The translations under genes were made by a program, and so were the position numbers. The notes under the pieces are model-generated. The model had not been told where the DNA came from and did not search any database. It was given only the letters and a program-made list of their open reading frames with translations. This document shows, in pieces, positions 62,197-64,000 of a stretch of 64,000 nt of DNA; the first letter of the stretch is position 1, and every line of letters starts with the position of its first letter. This DNA is from Mizuhopecten yessoensis (taxonomy: Eukaryota), in assembly GCF_002113885.1 (NCBI RefSeq), contig NW_018406620.1:354310-418309 (forward strand), given 5' to 3'.

Positions 62197-64000
62197 ATCT
62201 GATGAAAGTGTTATTTTTTTTGTGATTCATATATTCTACATCAGTTGTTTTATAATTTTTGAGACAATTAAATGTGTTTTTATTTTACATTTAACTCAAT
62301 AAATAAGTAAGTTGGCTGTGCCCTTCTGTCTTTTTTATTTCTTTTTTTCTTTTTCATGAAAATTACTGCCACATATATTTCATTGTATATATTATATTAT
62401 ATATATAGAATAGTAATAATTTGAGGTTCTTATACCGCTTTATCACAACCTAGATTGTAGGTCGTTTCATCAATGTTGAACAAACGGGAGCAATATAAGC
62501 TCCCCGATTTTGTGATTGCTGGTAATCATGTGTACCTTACTCTCATAAGTTAATTTTTGAATAGTAAAATAGTAAAAGATGCTCTGTTAACCTCGGTGTT
62601 TTTTTTCAAATTTGAAAATTGACTAAAATTTGATACAACGCGAACATGATATGAAACCAGTACACCTTGTATAAGTGTCAACCTCTGAGACCTCCAATGA
62701 GGGAGATCTCCCTCATTCCACATTTCCATTTCATTTCATTTCATCATATTTTATTGAGAAAACAATAGGATTAAACAGCAGGCTAGGCCTATATAAGTTA
62801 TCTCCTTAGCTTGACATGACAAAGACAGATGTGAAACGGTTAGTAAGAAAATATTGATGCAAAATTATATATAATATAAGTAGCATAAATCTAGCAAATG
62901 GTATAGGGGATATAAATCCATGTATGTTTCATTTTTATATAAATATTTAATTGATATTTTGAGCTATATGATGCTCTTTAATATTAAAAGTCAATCAAAA
63001 TTAATTTGTAATAGAAAAGTAATGCCCAAATAATATATATTAAACAGAGGAATTGCTACAATCTTCTTTTTATGCAAGTCACTAAAGCCCCCTGTTCATA
63101 CCCTGTTGCTGTTACACAAAGTAGTTAAAAGTATAAAACCATGTAATATCAATCTACACGTATATCCATTGGTTGGAATGATGAAAAAGTATGGAAAACA
63201 ACAACAATAAAACAAAATACTAAATGAAGCAATTCAGTTAGAAGATTTTGAAATATATGTAGTATATGTGTGAGATGTGTTGCCAGTGTTCTATGTGTAA
63301 ATCTTTTATCCCATCGAGTTTCAGACACAAAGACACTAATGGTCGACTCTACTGTTCACATATCACCACATTTCTATTGAGGGGGAAAGTGCTTGAAATG
63401 CAACTGAAACTGCTTTGCTCAATTTATCTTTCCCTTTTCATGTATCAAAATAACTCTAAAAAGCATTAATTTGATTCGGACACGCCTGTTATGATCATTT
63501 GACAACAGGATGTAGATTTTGAGTTCGTGTGAGTTAATGAGGTAGTTTGGAGGTAGATTGGTAAAATTTGGTCAAATTGAGCGAGTCTCCCTCCTAATGA
63601 GAGAGGGTTGACAGCTATGTATCATTGGGGAATCTCTAATACACCAATCACAGTTGAGATCATTACTAGTTGTGTCAGATCAGTTTATGTTTCTTTACCG
63701 AGTGATTAGTCCTCCTTGAACATTGTCTAAGATTCAGATAGAAGTACATATTCTTGCCGTTAAACATAATTTGTAACGATTAAATTGTTGCCAGGTTATT
63801 TTTGTTGATTGACACAACTTTCACATGAGAAAACCACTTAAAAGCTGAGGTAAAGCATATAGCTATTTGGTCCCTTGTCTAAAAACAAAGATAGCACTTA
63901 TTTACATATTTCTGATTATTCGTTTATGTCGAATATGATTTTATATTCAAGCATTCCTATAAATGATTACGGCCCGGACGCAACAAAATTTTCGAGCCAG

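Overview
AT-rich, intron-containing animal DNA, most likely a bivalve mollusc (inferred from the HINE/Helentron-type satellite-carrying elements, tRNA-derived SINEs and Penelope remnants). No prokaryotic features. I reconstructed exon by exon, using GT-AG boundaries and frame continuity: (i) a TMEM35B/NACHO-family (DoxX-like) cluster on + at 13.8-31.0 kb with two 108-nt first coding exons but three homologous phase-0 terminal exons; (ii) YRDC (5 exons, minus strand, 253 aa); (iii) CDK5RAP1/MiaB (12 exons, plus strand, 598 aa). YRDC and CDK5RAP1 are head-to-head with 233 bp between start codons, and both act on tRNA position 37. The rest is mini/satellites, LINE remnants, SINEs, MITEs and nested transposons. 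Most interesting: an apparent swappable terminal-exon system in the TMEM35 cluster, bracketed by two copies of one hairpin MITE; the divergent tRNA-A37 enzyme pair; about 11 decoy copies of a CDK5RAP1 splice acceptor, each leading to a stop codon; and a Penelope-associated hammerhead-ribozyme-like fold. All family assignments come from recognising motifs by eye; no database searches were run.
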